Shown: piece by piece, positions 8,944-19,951 of the stretch
Position numbering within the stretch: position 1 is the first letter of the stretch
Layout: every line of letters begins with the position of its first letter
IMG/VR virus record: IMGVR_UViG_3300025320_000152
Location: 1 to 64,000 of that record
Origin: a virus
Taxonomy: Duplodnaviria; Caudoviricetes
Length of the DNA: 64,000 nucleotides
Reading direction: 5' to 3' (one strand)
Made by a program: the position numbers and the translations under genes
The notes under the pieces: generated by a model
What the model was told of the DNA's origin: nothing
What the model saw: only the letters and a program-made list of their open reading frames with translations
The model's database searches: none

Positions 8944-9219
8944 TCACCCGCTGGGCTCCAGCAGCCCCTGAAGAGACTCCAGGGCCTCTTCCGTCTGCGC
9001 GATCAGCTGGTTGATCTCCGTCAGCTTATGCAGGATCCCCTCCGGCGCAAGGAACTGGTACTCACTCGGCTCGGCATTGAGGAGGGTCTTATGCAACTCC
9101 CCCAGCCGCTGGATCCGGACCCTCATGGAGTCCATGAGGATGTGGTGGTTGGCCTCCAGCCAGATCGCCCTGCGGCCGAACTCCTCGATCTCATCGTCCG
9201 GGAAGTCCTTGTACGCCAT
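8944..9219 (-). CDS. hypothetical coiled-coil protein
   Basis: MAYKDF start after AGGAG. Confidence 0.55.
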   Translation of the reverse strand: MAYKDFPDDEIEEFGRRAIWLEANHHILMDSMRVRIQRLGELHKTLLNAEPSEYQFLAPEGILHKLTEINQLIAQTEEALESLQGLLEPSG

Positions 9220-9281
9220 AGTTCTCCTATCTACGACGAAGGCCGCCCTCATCGGGGCGGCCGGAACAGTGGTGTAGTAGC

Positions 9282-9674
9282 TCAGCCGTACAGGAGCTTG
9301 CCCCAGGTGGCCATCTGCAGCAGGCGGTCGATGTGGTCCGGATCGAGTTCCACCTCCTCCGGGTCGATGAGTAGCTGCAGGTACTTGGCCCGCTCGTCGA
9401 GCTCCAGATTCTCGTCCTCGGCGAGCTTGAGCGCCGTCTCGTAGATCTTCTGGTGATCGATCTTGTACTCGGGCCCGGTCGGCTCACTGTCGCGCCTGCC
9501 GTCGCGCTCCCTCAGAAGGACGACCCAACCCCCCATCCACGGACCGTCGTGCACATCCGAGACCTTGTGGAACCAGTAGTACTCCGGGTCTCCGATGACG
9601 TCGGCGCCGATGATCGCGTCGTAGGTGTCCTCCTCCGTCGCGCGGATCGGGAAGTTGGTCGCGTCGAGACTCAT
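9282..9674 (-). CDS. hypothetical protein
   Basis: MSLDAT start after AAGGAAGG. Confidence 0.6.
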   Translation of the reverse strand: MSLDATNFPIRATEEDTYDAIIGADVIGDPEYYWFHKVSDVHDGPWMGGWVVLLRERDGRRDSEPTGPEYKIDHQKIYETALKLAEDENLELDERAKYLQLLIDPEEVELDPDHIDRLLQMATWGKLLYG

Positions 9675-10029
9675 GCGTTGCCTTCCTTGTATTTCGGTGA
9701 GTCCTGAACGACGATTCGGTTCGCCATGCATAGGAACCAGATCGCCGTGGCCCGGTCCATCTGCGTCGCGTTTCCGGGCCACATGTAGCGTTGGTGGCCG
9801 CTCGCCGCGATCTGCCACCCATCGTCGGTCTCGAACACGACCCCGCGCACACGGGTTCCCTCCTGCACTTGGAACACGTTGCCGCGCGCGCCGACCGCAT
9901 GAGCCCAACTTCCCTCCTCGGGCTTGATCGCCTCCAGGCGCACCGTGACGGCGGGCGGGGTGATGTCCATGCTTCTGCTCGGCTGCTGCGTTTCTTTCAT
10001 TGCACTGCCTCCTCTCTCAGATATCGTGC

Positions 10030-11511
10030 TCATGCCGCTTCCGCCATCAGGGCACTGACCTCAGCCAGCAAGGCGTCGACGCGCTTGATGATGGCCACCG
10101 CGTCCTCATCCTCGATCTCGGGCTTGGGCTCGTCGTCCACCCCCGACATCTCGGCCGCCTCGTGCTCCCGCTTCGCCTGGAGCAGCAAGACGAAGGAGGT
10201 GACGGACTGGAGGGGCATCACGCCGTTACCGATCCTGGAAATCTGCTCGCCCAGCGAGACGCCCTCGACCTCGGTCGCCCATCCCTCGGGCAGCCCCATC
10301 ATCCACTCGACGAATCGGGGGTTCACTTTCACGCCGCCGCGCGGGCCGCGGATGACCGGGATCGGCGCCGCCGACTGCGACAGGCATTCCCACCGGCGGA
10401 CCGCAGGCAGGAACTCGTTCCACCACTCGGCCGGCGAGAACGGCCCGTCGCCCGCCTCGTCCTCGGGCCTGACGTTGAGCAGGAAACAGACCTCGTCGTC
10501 CAAGGTCGGCCCATGCTTGCCAGCCTTGCGCTGGTCCGGATGCTGGGCCGCCCCGCTGCTCCCCAAATACGCGGTCGGCGTCTTGAGATAGATCGTCGGC
10601 TTCGCCCCCAGCCACTCGGGGTGCTCCTCGTACACCGAGGGGTTGCGCCGGAACAGCTTCGTCAACACGGTCACGAGGTCGTCGCTGCCCTGGTGCACCG
10701 TGCTCTTAAGCGTCGGACCTCGCCCACCGTCGGCCGCGCGGACGGTGGGAAGGGACGGTGCATCCCTGGTCGCGTTCGCTGGCGCCTCAAGCTCCGAAAG
10801 TTCACCGTCGCGCATCGAACCCCACTTGGTGAACAGATGCTTGCAGGACTTGCTGTCCCCGATCTCGTCGTGCTGGGGCGTTCTCCAGGTGTGCGTGTCC
10901 GGGTCGTAGGTCCCATAGATCGTCGTGGGGCTCCTGCGCGCGTGCCGGGAAGGTTCCGCATAGCAGAACCAGCGCTTGCGGATGTGGCATGCGCCGACGT
11001 CATCGGCTCCGAGAATGCCCCACCAGGCGTTGTACTTCATCTCGTGCAGCGAGCCGAGTACCGCATAGAGTCCTCGGGTTCGGATCGCCGCTACGTTCTC
11101 CAAGAACACGTGCTCAGGTCTCATGATCCACAAGCCCGTGGCGATGTCGAACCAGAGTCCGGACCTCATACCCTTGATTCCCTCACGCGTCCCAGCCTGG
11201 GAGATGTCCTGGCAGGGAAATCCGGCAGAGACGACCTGCGTCTTGCCTCGGTACTGCTCCCAGTCGATCTTCTTCGCGTCGCCCAGGTTGCGGGCATTGG
11301 GGAAGCGTTTGGCCATGATCTTGCAGGCCTCGGGATGTACCTCGGCCACCAGCGTTGTCTTGGCGCCCGTCACGAACTCGGTCGAGAGCGCGAGTCCGCC
11401 GATCCCGGCGCACAGCTCCAGGGATTCGGTGCCGGTCAGGTCGAAAAACGGCACGTGGAGTCCACTCGGCAGCTGCCTGGTCGCGCGGCGGGCCAGCTCG
11501 ATGATCGTCAT
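10030..11511 (-). CDS. DNA (cytosine-5)-methyltransferase
   Basis: motif I LCAGIGG, motif IV GFPCQDIS, motif VI ENV, RKRW, and C-terminal EWMMGLP..W and GNGV motifs. Confidence 0.9.
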   Translation of the reverse strand: MTIIELARRATRQLPSGLHVPFFDLTGTESLELCAGIGGLALSTEFVTGAKTTLVAEVHPEACKIMAKRFPNARNLGDAKKIDWEQYRGKTQVVSAGFPCQDISQAGTREGIKGMRSGLWFDIATGLWIMRPEHVFLENVAAIRTRGLYAVLGSLHEMKYNAWWGILGADDVGACHIRKRWFCYAEPSRHARRSPTTIYGTYDPDTHTWRTPQHDEIGDSKSCKHLFTKWGSMRDGELSELEAPANATRDAPSLPTVRAADGGRGPTLKSTVHQGSDDLVTVLTKLFRRNPSVYEEHPEWLGAKPTIYLKTPTAYLGSSGAAQHPDQRKAGKHGPTLDDEVCFLLNVRPEDEAGDGPFSPAEWWNEFLPAVRRWECLSQSAAPIPVIRGPRGGVKVNPRFVEWMMGLPEGWATEVEGVSLGEQISRIGNGVMPLQSVTSFVLLLQAKREHEAAEMSGVDDEPKPEIEDEDAVAIIKRVDALLAEVSALMAEAA

Positions 11512-11584
11512 GCAAGAGGCCTCCATAACACGAAGGGCGCGCGGTGATCTCCCACCGCGCGCCCACAGCCTGCGAACCTGGGGT

Positions 11585-12019
11585 CTAGCTGACCTGCCTG
11601 GCGACCTCCAGGCGCTTGGAGAACGCCCAGACGCCGATTGCCTCCAGGAGAGGCATGACGTAGATCTCGTTGTCCTGCGGGTCGTCGGCGGGCGCCAGCC
11701 ACCGCCGCGAGAGACCGCCGGTCCCCTGGCCGTGTCCGCTGTACACCTGGACGCTGATCTCGCGCGCGCCGTCCCAGCGGACACACACGTTGACGTGAGT
11801 CAGGATCTTGACGGAGCCGCTCTGGGCGGTCTCACCGTCCCGGAACTCGTGGTACTCGATCATCGCGCCGTGCCTGTCGGAGGGGAGCTCCAGCGTCGTG
11901 TATCGCCGGATGCTCACGGCGTACCAGTCGGTAATCTGCTTGGCGATCTCGTGCGCCCACTGCATCGAGAGCTCGCCGATCGGTTCGCTCCAGGTACGCT
12001 CGGGCTCGGTGCCGGGCAT
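11585..12019 (-). CDS. hypothetical protein
   Basis: ATG at 12019 after GGAGG. Confidence 0.55.
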   Translation of the reverse strand: MPGTEPERTWSEPIGELSMQWAHEIAKQITDWYAVSIRRYTTLELPSDRHGAMIEYHEFRDGETAQSGSVKILTHVNVCVRWDGAREISVQVYSGHGQGTGGLSRRWLAPADDPQDNEIYVMPLLEAIGVWAFSKRLEVARQVS

Positions 12020-12027
12020 GGGTCCTC

Positions 12028-12810
12028 CTAGTCTTCGGATCCGTAGATCCTGGTCTGGAACTGTGCGGTGAATCCCGCCGGTGTCTCGTGCTCCGTGTTC
12101 TTCAGCACGAGCGCGAGGCAATCCGTGTAGGTCGCCCTCGCGGGAGCCGCCCACTTGGCCAGCAGCTGGCCCTCGGGCGTGTAGTACTTCACCACGTCCG
12201 CGTCGCGCTCCCACGTGACGTACCTGGTCGAGCCGCTCTCACCGGGCGGCAGCCGTACGACAACCTGCTTCCAGTCGTCGGTGTAGTCGACGGCCGGGAT
12301 GCCGAGCTCGGCCGAGACGCGCGCGTCAGCGCGGGCGCGCCGCGAGCGCGCGCTCTCACTGCCGCCGATGAATTCGGCGAGCATGCACTGCTTACCGCCC
12401 TCCTCGCGCAGGATGATGACGTGGCGCGCGCCGCGCCAGTGCATCGCCTTCTCCTCGGTCTCGTACGGGCCGCGGATCGTCCAGTTCCCACACGTGCCGG
12501 CGTGGCTCCAGTGGTGGTTGTAGTTGACGATCTCGCCGTCCGGGCCGAACGTGACGCCGTCCGTGCACTCGTGGACGATGTAGTTGACGGACTGCTGTGC
12601 TGCCGGACCCTCACGCAGCTTCTGGACCAGTCCCGCCAGCTCCGACGTATGGACTTCTCGCGGCTGCTCGTCGGAGTAGAGCGGTGTCCACAGCCACACC
12701 TCGTCATCGACCGGCCGCACGGCCACGACGGGCTCGCCGTCGGCGAGCACCGTCACACAGTCGCCGAGTCCTCCCGGCAGCGTCTCTTCGAGAGTGATCT
12801 TCTTGCGCAT
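12028..12810 (-). CDS. hypothetical protein
   Basis: 260-aa ORF with RBS. Confidence 0.6.
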   Translation of the reverse strand: MRKKITLEETLPGGLGDCVTVLADGEPVVAVRPVDDEVWLWTPLYSDEQPREVHTSELAGLVQKLREGPAAQQSVNYIVHECTDGVTFGPDGEIVNYNHHWSHAGTCGNWTIRGPYETEEKAMHWRGARHVIILREEGGKQCMLAEFIGGSESARSRRARADARVSAELGIPAVDYTDDWKQVVVRLPPGESGSTRYVTWERDADVVKYYTPEGQLLAKWAAPARATYTDCLALVLKNTEHETPAGFTAQFQTRIYGSED

Positions 12811-13955
12811 GTGTTTCCCCTCTTCGATCTAGTCGTCGATCTGCACGCCGATGGAGTCCCGGCCCACGTAGAAGTTGCGGCTCCTCATGCAGCGCTCGGG
12901 CTCACGCCAGCTCTTGTCGAGCCATTCGAGGAGGTAGATGACGTCCTCGGCCGCGTTCTCGTCGCCCGGCCTGGCTCGGGCGGCGGCGCGCTCGCCGGCG
13001 GCCTGGAGCTCGCTGCGCACGAGTGCGACCATCTCGTCCCAGTTCGCGGCCCGCTTGAAGTCCGGGCGTACCGGTCCGTAGTCGGGCGCCACACCCACCG
13101 TCCAGGCGCTCACAGCTGCTCCCTGATTGTCACGCCGTACTCGGCGAGCACTCCGGCGAAGCGACCGTCGTCCTTCACGAACTGGTGGCAGTCGGGGTCG
13201 CCGACGTTGTAGGCGGTCCAGTGCAACCCCCAGTTACTTCCTTGGGTCCGCTCGTCCAAGCAGATCTTCTTGGCGTCTGCTCGCGAGACGTGCCAGAGCA
13301 CACGCAGCCTCGCCGGGGCGTGCTTCGCGCTGGCGATGAACACCGCGACGGTGTCCTCCGGCGACTCGACGGGCCGTTCTTCGTCTCCCACTGGCTCCTC
13401 TTTCAGTTGACTGGCTGGACGGGGTTCGCGTAGACGATCCGGCCGTGCGGGCTGAGGGTGAGTTCCACCGGCACGTCCTGGAGCTCGGAGTTGCAAATCC
13501 CGTAGTTGACTGCGGCGTCCGACTGCGTCGTGTACGCCGTTCCGTCGGTGCAGTGCACACGGAAGCGCGGGTTACCGGCGGCGCTGCATATCAAGGTCTC
13601 AACCCGGCTGATGGTCTTCACGACGATCGTCTGTCCGGACATCGCGTCCTCCTGATTTCTCGCGGATCTTGGAGAGTTGTGGCTACTGCCGAATCGGCCG
13701 CGCAGAGGTAGCGCCGGACGGGTCCTTCGCCGGGTCGTGCATGTGCTCGTCGCAATACGCCGTGCTCACCAGCAGCGAGCCGTGCGGAGCGAAGTCCTCC
13801 CATTGACTCGCCAGATGCGCCTCGGGCTCGGCCAACATCCCGTTCTCGTCAGCGAACTTCGCGATCCAACAGCCGATGCGGCCGTCCGGCATCCTGTGGA
13901 AGTGCTTCTTAGGCCCGGTTCCGATCTTCATATGCCAGTCCTCTTAATCTCGTGC

Positions 13956-13996
13956 GGGCATGAAACGGCCCCCGCCCAGTTGAGCTGGACGGGGGC
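13956..13996 (-). terminator. intrinsic terminator-like hairpin
   Basis: GCCCCCG.CCAG stem followed on the minus strand by GTTTCATGCCC. Confidence 0.6.
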
Positions 13997-14922
13997 TGGC
14001 AGTGTTAGCGATCAGCGCGCACCTGCGCCGCGCTGCGCCTATCCGTTGTTGGGCACCGCGAGGATGAACGGTCCGAGCTGGGTGTGCTTGAGCTGTACGG
14101 TCCAGCCGGCCGCCAGGAGGACTCCGCGGTACGTCGCTACCTCGGTGACCTGGACCCACCGGCGCTGGTCGTTGCTGCGCCTGTTCGAGTCGTCCCAGTC
14201 CTCGTCCGGGAGCTTGTGGGAGATGCGCACGCCAAAGTCCGTGCTCTTCGGACCGGCGCCATGCTCCGTCCGGAATCCCGCGACGACGTACCTGCCGTAC
14301 AGGTCCCGGACCACTTCCGGCAGCCCGGCCGCCTTGAGGAGGTCGGCCGCCAGCTCGCAGAGCTCGTCCTGGTTGAATTCCTGTTCTGATGCCGTCACGC
14401 TGGCACCTCGATCAGGCCCTCGTTGATCAGGTGCTGCGCCGTGCGCCCGTAGGAACCCTGCAGGGACCAGGCCATGCCGTTGTTCACGAGTTCCTGGAAC
14501 AGCTCGATGACCTGCTCTTCCGTGGCGTCGCCCTGCTCGTACGCCATCATGAGGTTGAACAGCTGACCTCGGTGAGTCACGGTTCTTCTCCTAGTAGCTC
14601 GTGCGCTCGTTCCAGCCCGGCTGGGCCGGCTGGTTCTTGTGCCTTTGGAGGTACGCCTGCAGCGGGTACAGGCTGTCGAGGTTGATGGGCTCGTCGATCC
14701 TGTCCTTCCATATCTGGGCCCTGACCTCCACGATCGCGTCGGTGGTCACGCAGCCGGTCGAGACGAACGAGTACAGGGCCGAGCCCTGGCCGCCGTGGAA
14801 CCTCTCGGCGATCATCCGGGCCGTGGTGTCGTCCAGCGGCTCGCCAGAGTCCAGCCAGATGTTGATGCGCTCCCAGTCGGACATAGAGGCTCCTTAATCG
14901 AGGGTTGACGCTCTCGCCTTAA

Positions 14923-14965
14923 GGCATAAAAAAGGCCCCCGCCCGGTGGTCCCGAGCGGGGCGGG
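14923..14965 (-). terminator. intrinsic terminator-like hairpin
   Basis: GC stem followed on the minus strand by TTTTTTATGCC. Confidence 0.65.
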
Positions 14966-15772
14966 TCTACTTGTCGCCTTCCTGGTGATAGGTGAACACG
15001 CTGACCGCACCGGTCACGCGGTAGATCTCGATCGTCAGCGCACCATCCGATTCCTGGCGAATGGAGATGAGTCCTCCGGGCGCATCCGTGTCGTGCGGAC
15101 CGCCCACACCGAACTCCCGGATCACCTCGCCCGGCTGCTGGTGCGGTGACGCGGGGCCGCGAAACAGGCGCGGCCGGTGAACTCCCCCATCCTTCCTCAG
15201 TCCGTTCATCGGCCGCTGTCCTCGTTCAGCAGCGCCTCCAGGGCAGTCTCCGTGTCCTCCAGGATGGTCACCGTGGGCTGAATCACCGCGCAGAACTGCG
15301 GGTCACTGCCCATCGGCTGGCACTCGGAGCACGTCTTGAGATGCTTCGCGACGGCCCGACGCATCTTCGGGACCTCCTTGCGGTCGCGGAGGATCTCGCA
15401 GGGCAGGCAGCCCTCCAGGAGCTGTCCGGGCTCGTGCGGGTAGTCGACGTGCTGCATCGCCATCACTTGCTTCCTCCCGAGATGCGGAAGAACTCCTCCG
15501 CGAGCTTCTTGGCGGCCGGGAACGAATGCGCGCCCCAGAAGGTGGGGTCGTCGACGAGCGTCAGGGTGTTTCCGACTGTGTTGAACCCGGACAGGAACCG
15601 CTCCGAATAGCGGTTCCAGTAGAGGACGAACGTCACCTCCTCCCCGTCGTAGTCGTCGTTTACGAACGTCACCCCGTTGGGATCGTTTCGCAGGATCCTC
15701 ATCTCTGCGCTCCTCTCGTGTGACCAGGACCGCGCCGAGCGCGGACTTGCGCCCGCACTCGACACGCTGAAA

Positions 15773-16372
15773 TCAGCTGCTCCCCCGGAATCCGATACCT
15801 GCGAGTGAGTCCACCTGCGCGCACCAGGCGATGGCCTGCAGCGTTTGGGGGATCAGTTCGAGGCGCACAGCCGCGACTCGGTAGGCATGCGCGAGCGCCG
15901 CGTACCGACCGGCCGCGCCGAGGCCGCGTTCGGCGTTCCCGTACGTCTTGCCTACGGCCACGTCGTGCGCGTGCCGGTCGACGACAACCGGGTCCGGATC
16001 GGCGGGGTCGAAGATGCACCGGAAGAAGTGGCCCGTTTTCGAGGACATGGGGAGCACGTCCTCCGGGTCAGCGCCCTCCAGGATTGCGGCCACCTTCCGG
16101 AGGGCGTCGGAGACGTGTCCGTGCACGTGGCCGTTGCCCGCATCCTTGGCAAGCTGGATGTTCTGCTTCCAGCTCTTGTTGGGGCTCAGCGCAGCGATCA
16201 CGCCGGCGCCTTTGCGCGCGTCTCCGGCCCCGACGATGAACGCCAGGTCGCGCGCGACGGGGTACCACTGCTCGCCGCGCCGTCGCGCCGACTCCGGCGC
16301 CGAGTGATAGGCGGCGACGATGTTGGCGACGTACTTCCTTCGCTGGGCATTCGAGGGTTTCGCCGGGATCAC
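15773..16372 (-). CDS. DUF7178-like phage protein (possibly a remote HhH-GPD glycosylase-fold relative)
   Basis: G..WY, GVIAALSP...W..N, K...F and VVVDRHA motifs; GTG start at 16372. Confidence 0.55.
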   Translation of the reverse strand: MIPAKPSNAQRRKYVANIVAAYHSAPESARRRGEQWYPVARDLAFIVGAGDARKGAGVIAALSPNKSWKQNIQLAKDAGNGHVHGHVSDALRKVAAILEGADPEDVLPMSSKTGHFFRCIFDPADPDPVVVDRHAHDVAVGKTYGNAERGLGAAGRYAALAHAYRVAAVRLELIPQTLQAIAWCAQVDSLAGIGFRGSS

Positions 16373-19068
16373 GCGGCGACGCGGGCGGCACGCCAGCTGT
16401 AGGTTGGCTTGATCAGGCCGCCGGCCAAGCTCCACCACGCCAGCGGGCAGCCCTCGATGAACACGCCGTAGGTGGGTCCGTCTGCGATCGTCTCCCCCAA
16501 CTGCTGCGCCACGTCCAGCGGAACGCGCGCGTTGAGCTCGGGCCAGCTGGGGTTGTCGTCCCACATCCCGACCGTGTCGGTCTCCGGCCAGATGAACGTC
16601 TTGCGGACTTCCAGGCACTCGTCGAGTGGCATGGGTGTGACGATCGGCCGCTCAGGGATGGTAATTTGCATTGTCTCTCCCTTGTTGTTAAGCCTTCGTC
16701 TTAAGCCCGAAAAATGCCCCCACCTGGTGTGACCCAGGTGGGGGCTCCTTGTGCTATCGACCTACAGCCATGCCCAACCGTTGGTGGCAATCCATCGCCG
16801 CACCTCCAGCGGCATGAGCTTCGTCCAACCCTCGGGGGTGATCGGCTCGACGAGCATGTCCACGATGTCGGCGCGGTTACCGCCGTAGATCTCGGTTGCG
16901 TCCCAGGTCAGGTGTTTCGCCGTGAAGGACTTCATGACGGATTCGACAAGCTCGTCCGGCATCGGGGCGGCGAACACGGCCTCGGAGCTGCGGTAGCGCA
17001 GCTCATGCCAGATACCCCCGTCGCCGGTCTCTTCCGGGTCGCTGCAGACGATCAGCTCGACCTGTTGACCCACGCAGTAGCGCGCCTCGGCGCCGCCTGA
17101 GACCCAGTCGGGCCGGTCCGCCTCCGGGTTGCCCGCCTGCTCCCACCGGTCCTCACACCAGAACTTGATGGTGGCGGCGCCGAAGAATCCGTCGCCACGG
17201 TCACGCACCCACCGCCGCGAGAAGACGGTGGAGGCCATGGACTCGGGGGCTACTTCGTCCAGGGCCTGCACGTGCTCGAACGTCGTCCAGGTGCTCACTT
17301 GGCCATCTCCCTGAGCTCCGCCTTGATGCGCCGGGCGGTCTCGCCCTGCCAGCCGCGCGCGTTCGACAGGAAGTACTGGATGATGTCAGCGCCGCTCTCG
17401 TAGCCGTAGCTGTCGCTGATCCTGTTCAGGCAAGTGAAGGCCCTGATGTACGGCATGGCGGCGAAGTTGGGGAGCTTCCAGTCCGCCACGATGTCCTTGG
17501 CGATGACGAACAGCGGACGCGGCTCGGCGTCCTGGTCCTGCGTCGTCTCGTTCTCAGTGGTCTGCGTCATGGCCTACCTCCAGTCGCCGAGCTGCACGGA
17601 CATGGTGATGTGACGCACGAACCGGTCGTAGTACTTCCAGCTCTCGCGGTCCTCGGTCTTCCAGGCCGTCATGGACTTCTCGCCGCGCTTGACCGCCTCG
17701 GGCAGCACCTCTCCGAGCAGGAGCATGGCGCGCAGCATCTGGGTCCTGGTGAGCAGGAGCTTGAGCAGCGGCTTGCCTGTCTGAGTGGCGATCCCCAGGC
17801 GGTCGGGTTTGTCAGGATCCATGTACACAGCCATGCCGTTCGCGACCTGGGCCTCGACGTCGACCTTGGTCTTATTTGCGCGCTTGACCGCGATCGTGAT
17901 CGTCAGGACTGCTGCCTCTTCCTCGCTTACGTCCATGAAAATTCTCCTTTTGATTCACACGTGATAGGAGGCCCTGGATTTCGAAGAGTCTCTACGCTGA
18001 GATCAGACTGCGTCCGGCGTCGAGGGCGGCGGAGCCGGAGCGGACATCACGAGCGAGGTCCGCTGCTGGTCGGTCATCTCGTGGACGGCGCGGATCGCCG
18101 CCGCCGTGGGTTCGTGGCACGGGTTGAAGAACAGCACCGTGACACGCGGGTACCACATGAGCTCGATGTTCGCGAGCTCGTACTGCGCGTCCGTCGGCAG
18201 ACGGAGCATCATCGCGTCCCAGTTGAGCTTCGCCTGGTCGACCGCGCTCGCGGCGGTCATGAACAGCGCCCTGCCCACGAGCGGCCAGCCCAGCAGGTTG
18301 CGACACCGCGCTGCCGCATGCTTGACCAGCTTCCCATCGGCGGCCACGACGTACGGCACATACGCCGAGTCGAGCTCCACGGCGGTCCTATCGCGAGCAG
18401 TCAGAAGCATCGAACACACCCCTGTCGTTGATGTTCGAGATCGCGAGCTGGCCGGGAAACTCCGGCTCCGATGGCATCGGACCGCCGTGCAGCTCGTCGT
18501 CTGTGTATTTGCCACACGCCTCGCATGGCTCATCGCCGCCGACGCCGAGGTAGTCATGGGGAAAGTCCTTGTCGCCGTACTCAACCCCGCAGTTCTGGCA
18601 GGCCCCCGGTCCCTCGGTGCCGGTCACGAAGTCGCCGCAGTCCTCATCCGGGCACCGGCGGAAGTCCTCGGGGTCGAGCCCGAAGAATTCCAGGCAGTCA
18701 CCGCATTGCTGCGGCTTCGTGATCTCGTTGAACGTGACCGGTTTGGGCAGGTCCCGCGAGTCATAGTTGCGCTCGTCCGCGCGGTCGATTCCGAGCTGTG
18801 TCGCAGCGCGCGTGAGCGCCTGCTCTGCACTCTCGTCCTCGTCCGCCCAGCCACACTGGACGCAGGTGACGCAGAGCATTTCCGCGTCGCCCATGTATCC
18901 GGCGATGGCGCTCTCATGCGGGAGCTTGTAATCGCGCAGCCGGTCCGGGACGACCAGGCCGACGAGTTGTCCATCCTTAACTACCGGCTCCACTCCCGGC
19001 GTTGTGAGAAGACGAAACGTGTTGGTGAGCCGATCGGCATCTTGGCGATCAGATTTGAAGCGCGTCAC
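16369..19068 (-). other. run of small hypothetical ORFs (16369-16671, 16762-17298, 17295-17570, 17574-17936, 18003-18410, 18388-19068)
   Basis: packed minus-strand ORFs; 17295-17570 (RPL..IA..I..DW..., YFLSNA..W.GETARRIKAEL) resembles a widespread unknown phage family; 18388-19068 has several CxxC. Confidence 0.55.
16705..16746 (-). terminator. intrinsic terminator-like hairpin
   Basis: GCCCCCACCTGG / CCAGGTGGGGGC stem followed on the minus strand by ATTTTT. Confidence 0.65.
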
Positions 19069-19913
19069 GACCGCGCCTCCCGATTGTTACTGAACGGCTT
19101 GAGGAGTTCCGCCAATTCGGAATCCATGCCACTCCTTCCCTGGCGCCCCACCGGCCGGCGGAGACTAGACCGGGAGCCGCTTCCCACCTCGACTCCCAGA
19201 CTGACCACCGCAGGCCATACAACCTGAACGGAACGTCACGTACTAGTACCTGGGTGTAGGAGAAGTCAGGTAGCAGATATATGCGCATCTGTTACCTGAC
19301 TTCTCCTGCACGGGACTGACCTGCTAGTTCTTAGCCTCTTCAGCCGACTCGATCATGGCCGCCTTGAGCGCGTAGTAGGCCTTCTCCGTCAAGATGCTGA
19401 CCCACCCGCCCACGTCCCGCTGCCCGTCCTCCGGCAGCGAAGCGCCGTCGAACGCCATCATCGAGACGAACTTCCGGGCGGCCAGATACGCGGCGCGCTT
19501 GGCTGCCTGCTCGATGCTGAACTGCGAGAAGAGCTTGGGGGTGCTGACGTACTTGTCGCACCACAGTCCGGCCGCCTTCTCCGCAGCCTTGCGCGCGCAC
19601 TGGTGCACCGCGTACTGCACATCGATCACGGTCGGATGGTCCTTGACGAGTTCGCAGTACGCCCTACCGAACAGCCCCTGCCAGACCTCGTTACCGCAGA
19701 TGGTGCCCGGCATGGGCCAGGGCATGTCGTTGATGTGCTCCATGACCACGCTGTCGACGCACGTCCACACGTCTCGATCCCTGACGCCAGTACGGATCAA
19801 TGCATCGACGAGCTTGGCGTGCTCGTCACACGCGGCCTTCTTCAGCATCGCGTAGAGCAGCCTCTCGGCCGGAATCCTGTCCACGATCTCTCCTCTCAAG
19901 AGCAAGCGTTCTC

Positions 19914-19951
19914 GCCCATGAAAAAGGACCGACCCTGATTCGGGGCCGGCC
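19914..19951 (-). terminator. intrinsic terminator-like hairpin
   Basis: GC stem followed on the minus strand by TTTTTCATG. Confidence 0.6.

Larger units (their letters stand above)
12829..15702 (-). other. run of about ten small tightly packed hypothetical ORFs (12829-13113, 13110-13391, 13403-13642, 13683-13931, 14039-14398, 14395-14580, 14591-14884, 14967-15209, 15206-15466, 15463-15702)
   Basis: 4-nt overlaps and GGAG RBSs typical of phage early/host-takeover arms; no function recognised. Confidence 0.6.

Noticed and set aside
10000-11547. 515-aa plus-strand ORF
   Set aside because: It is the antisense shadow of the methyltransferase, expected in high-GC3 DNA.
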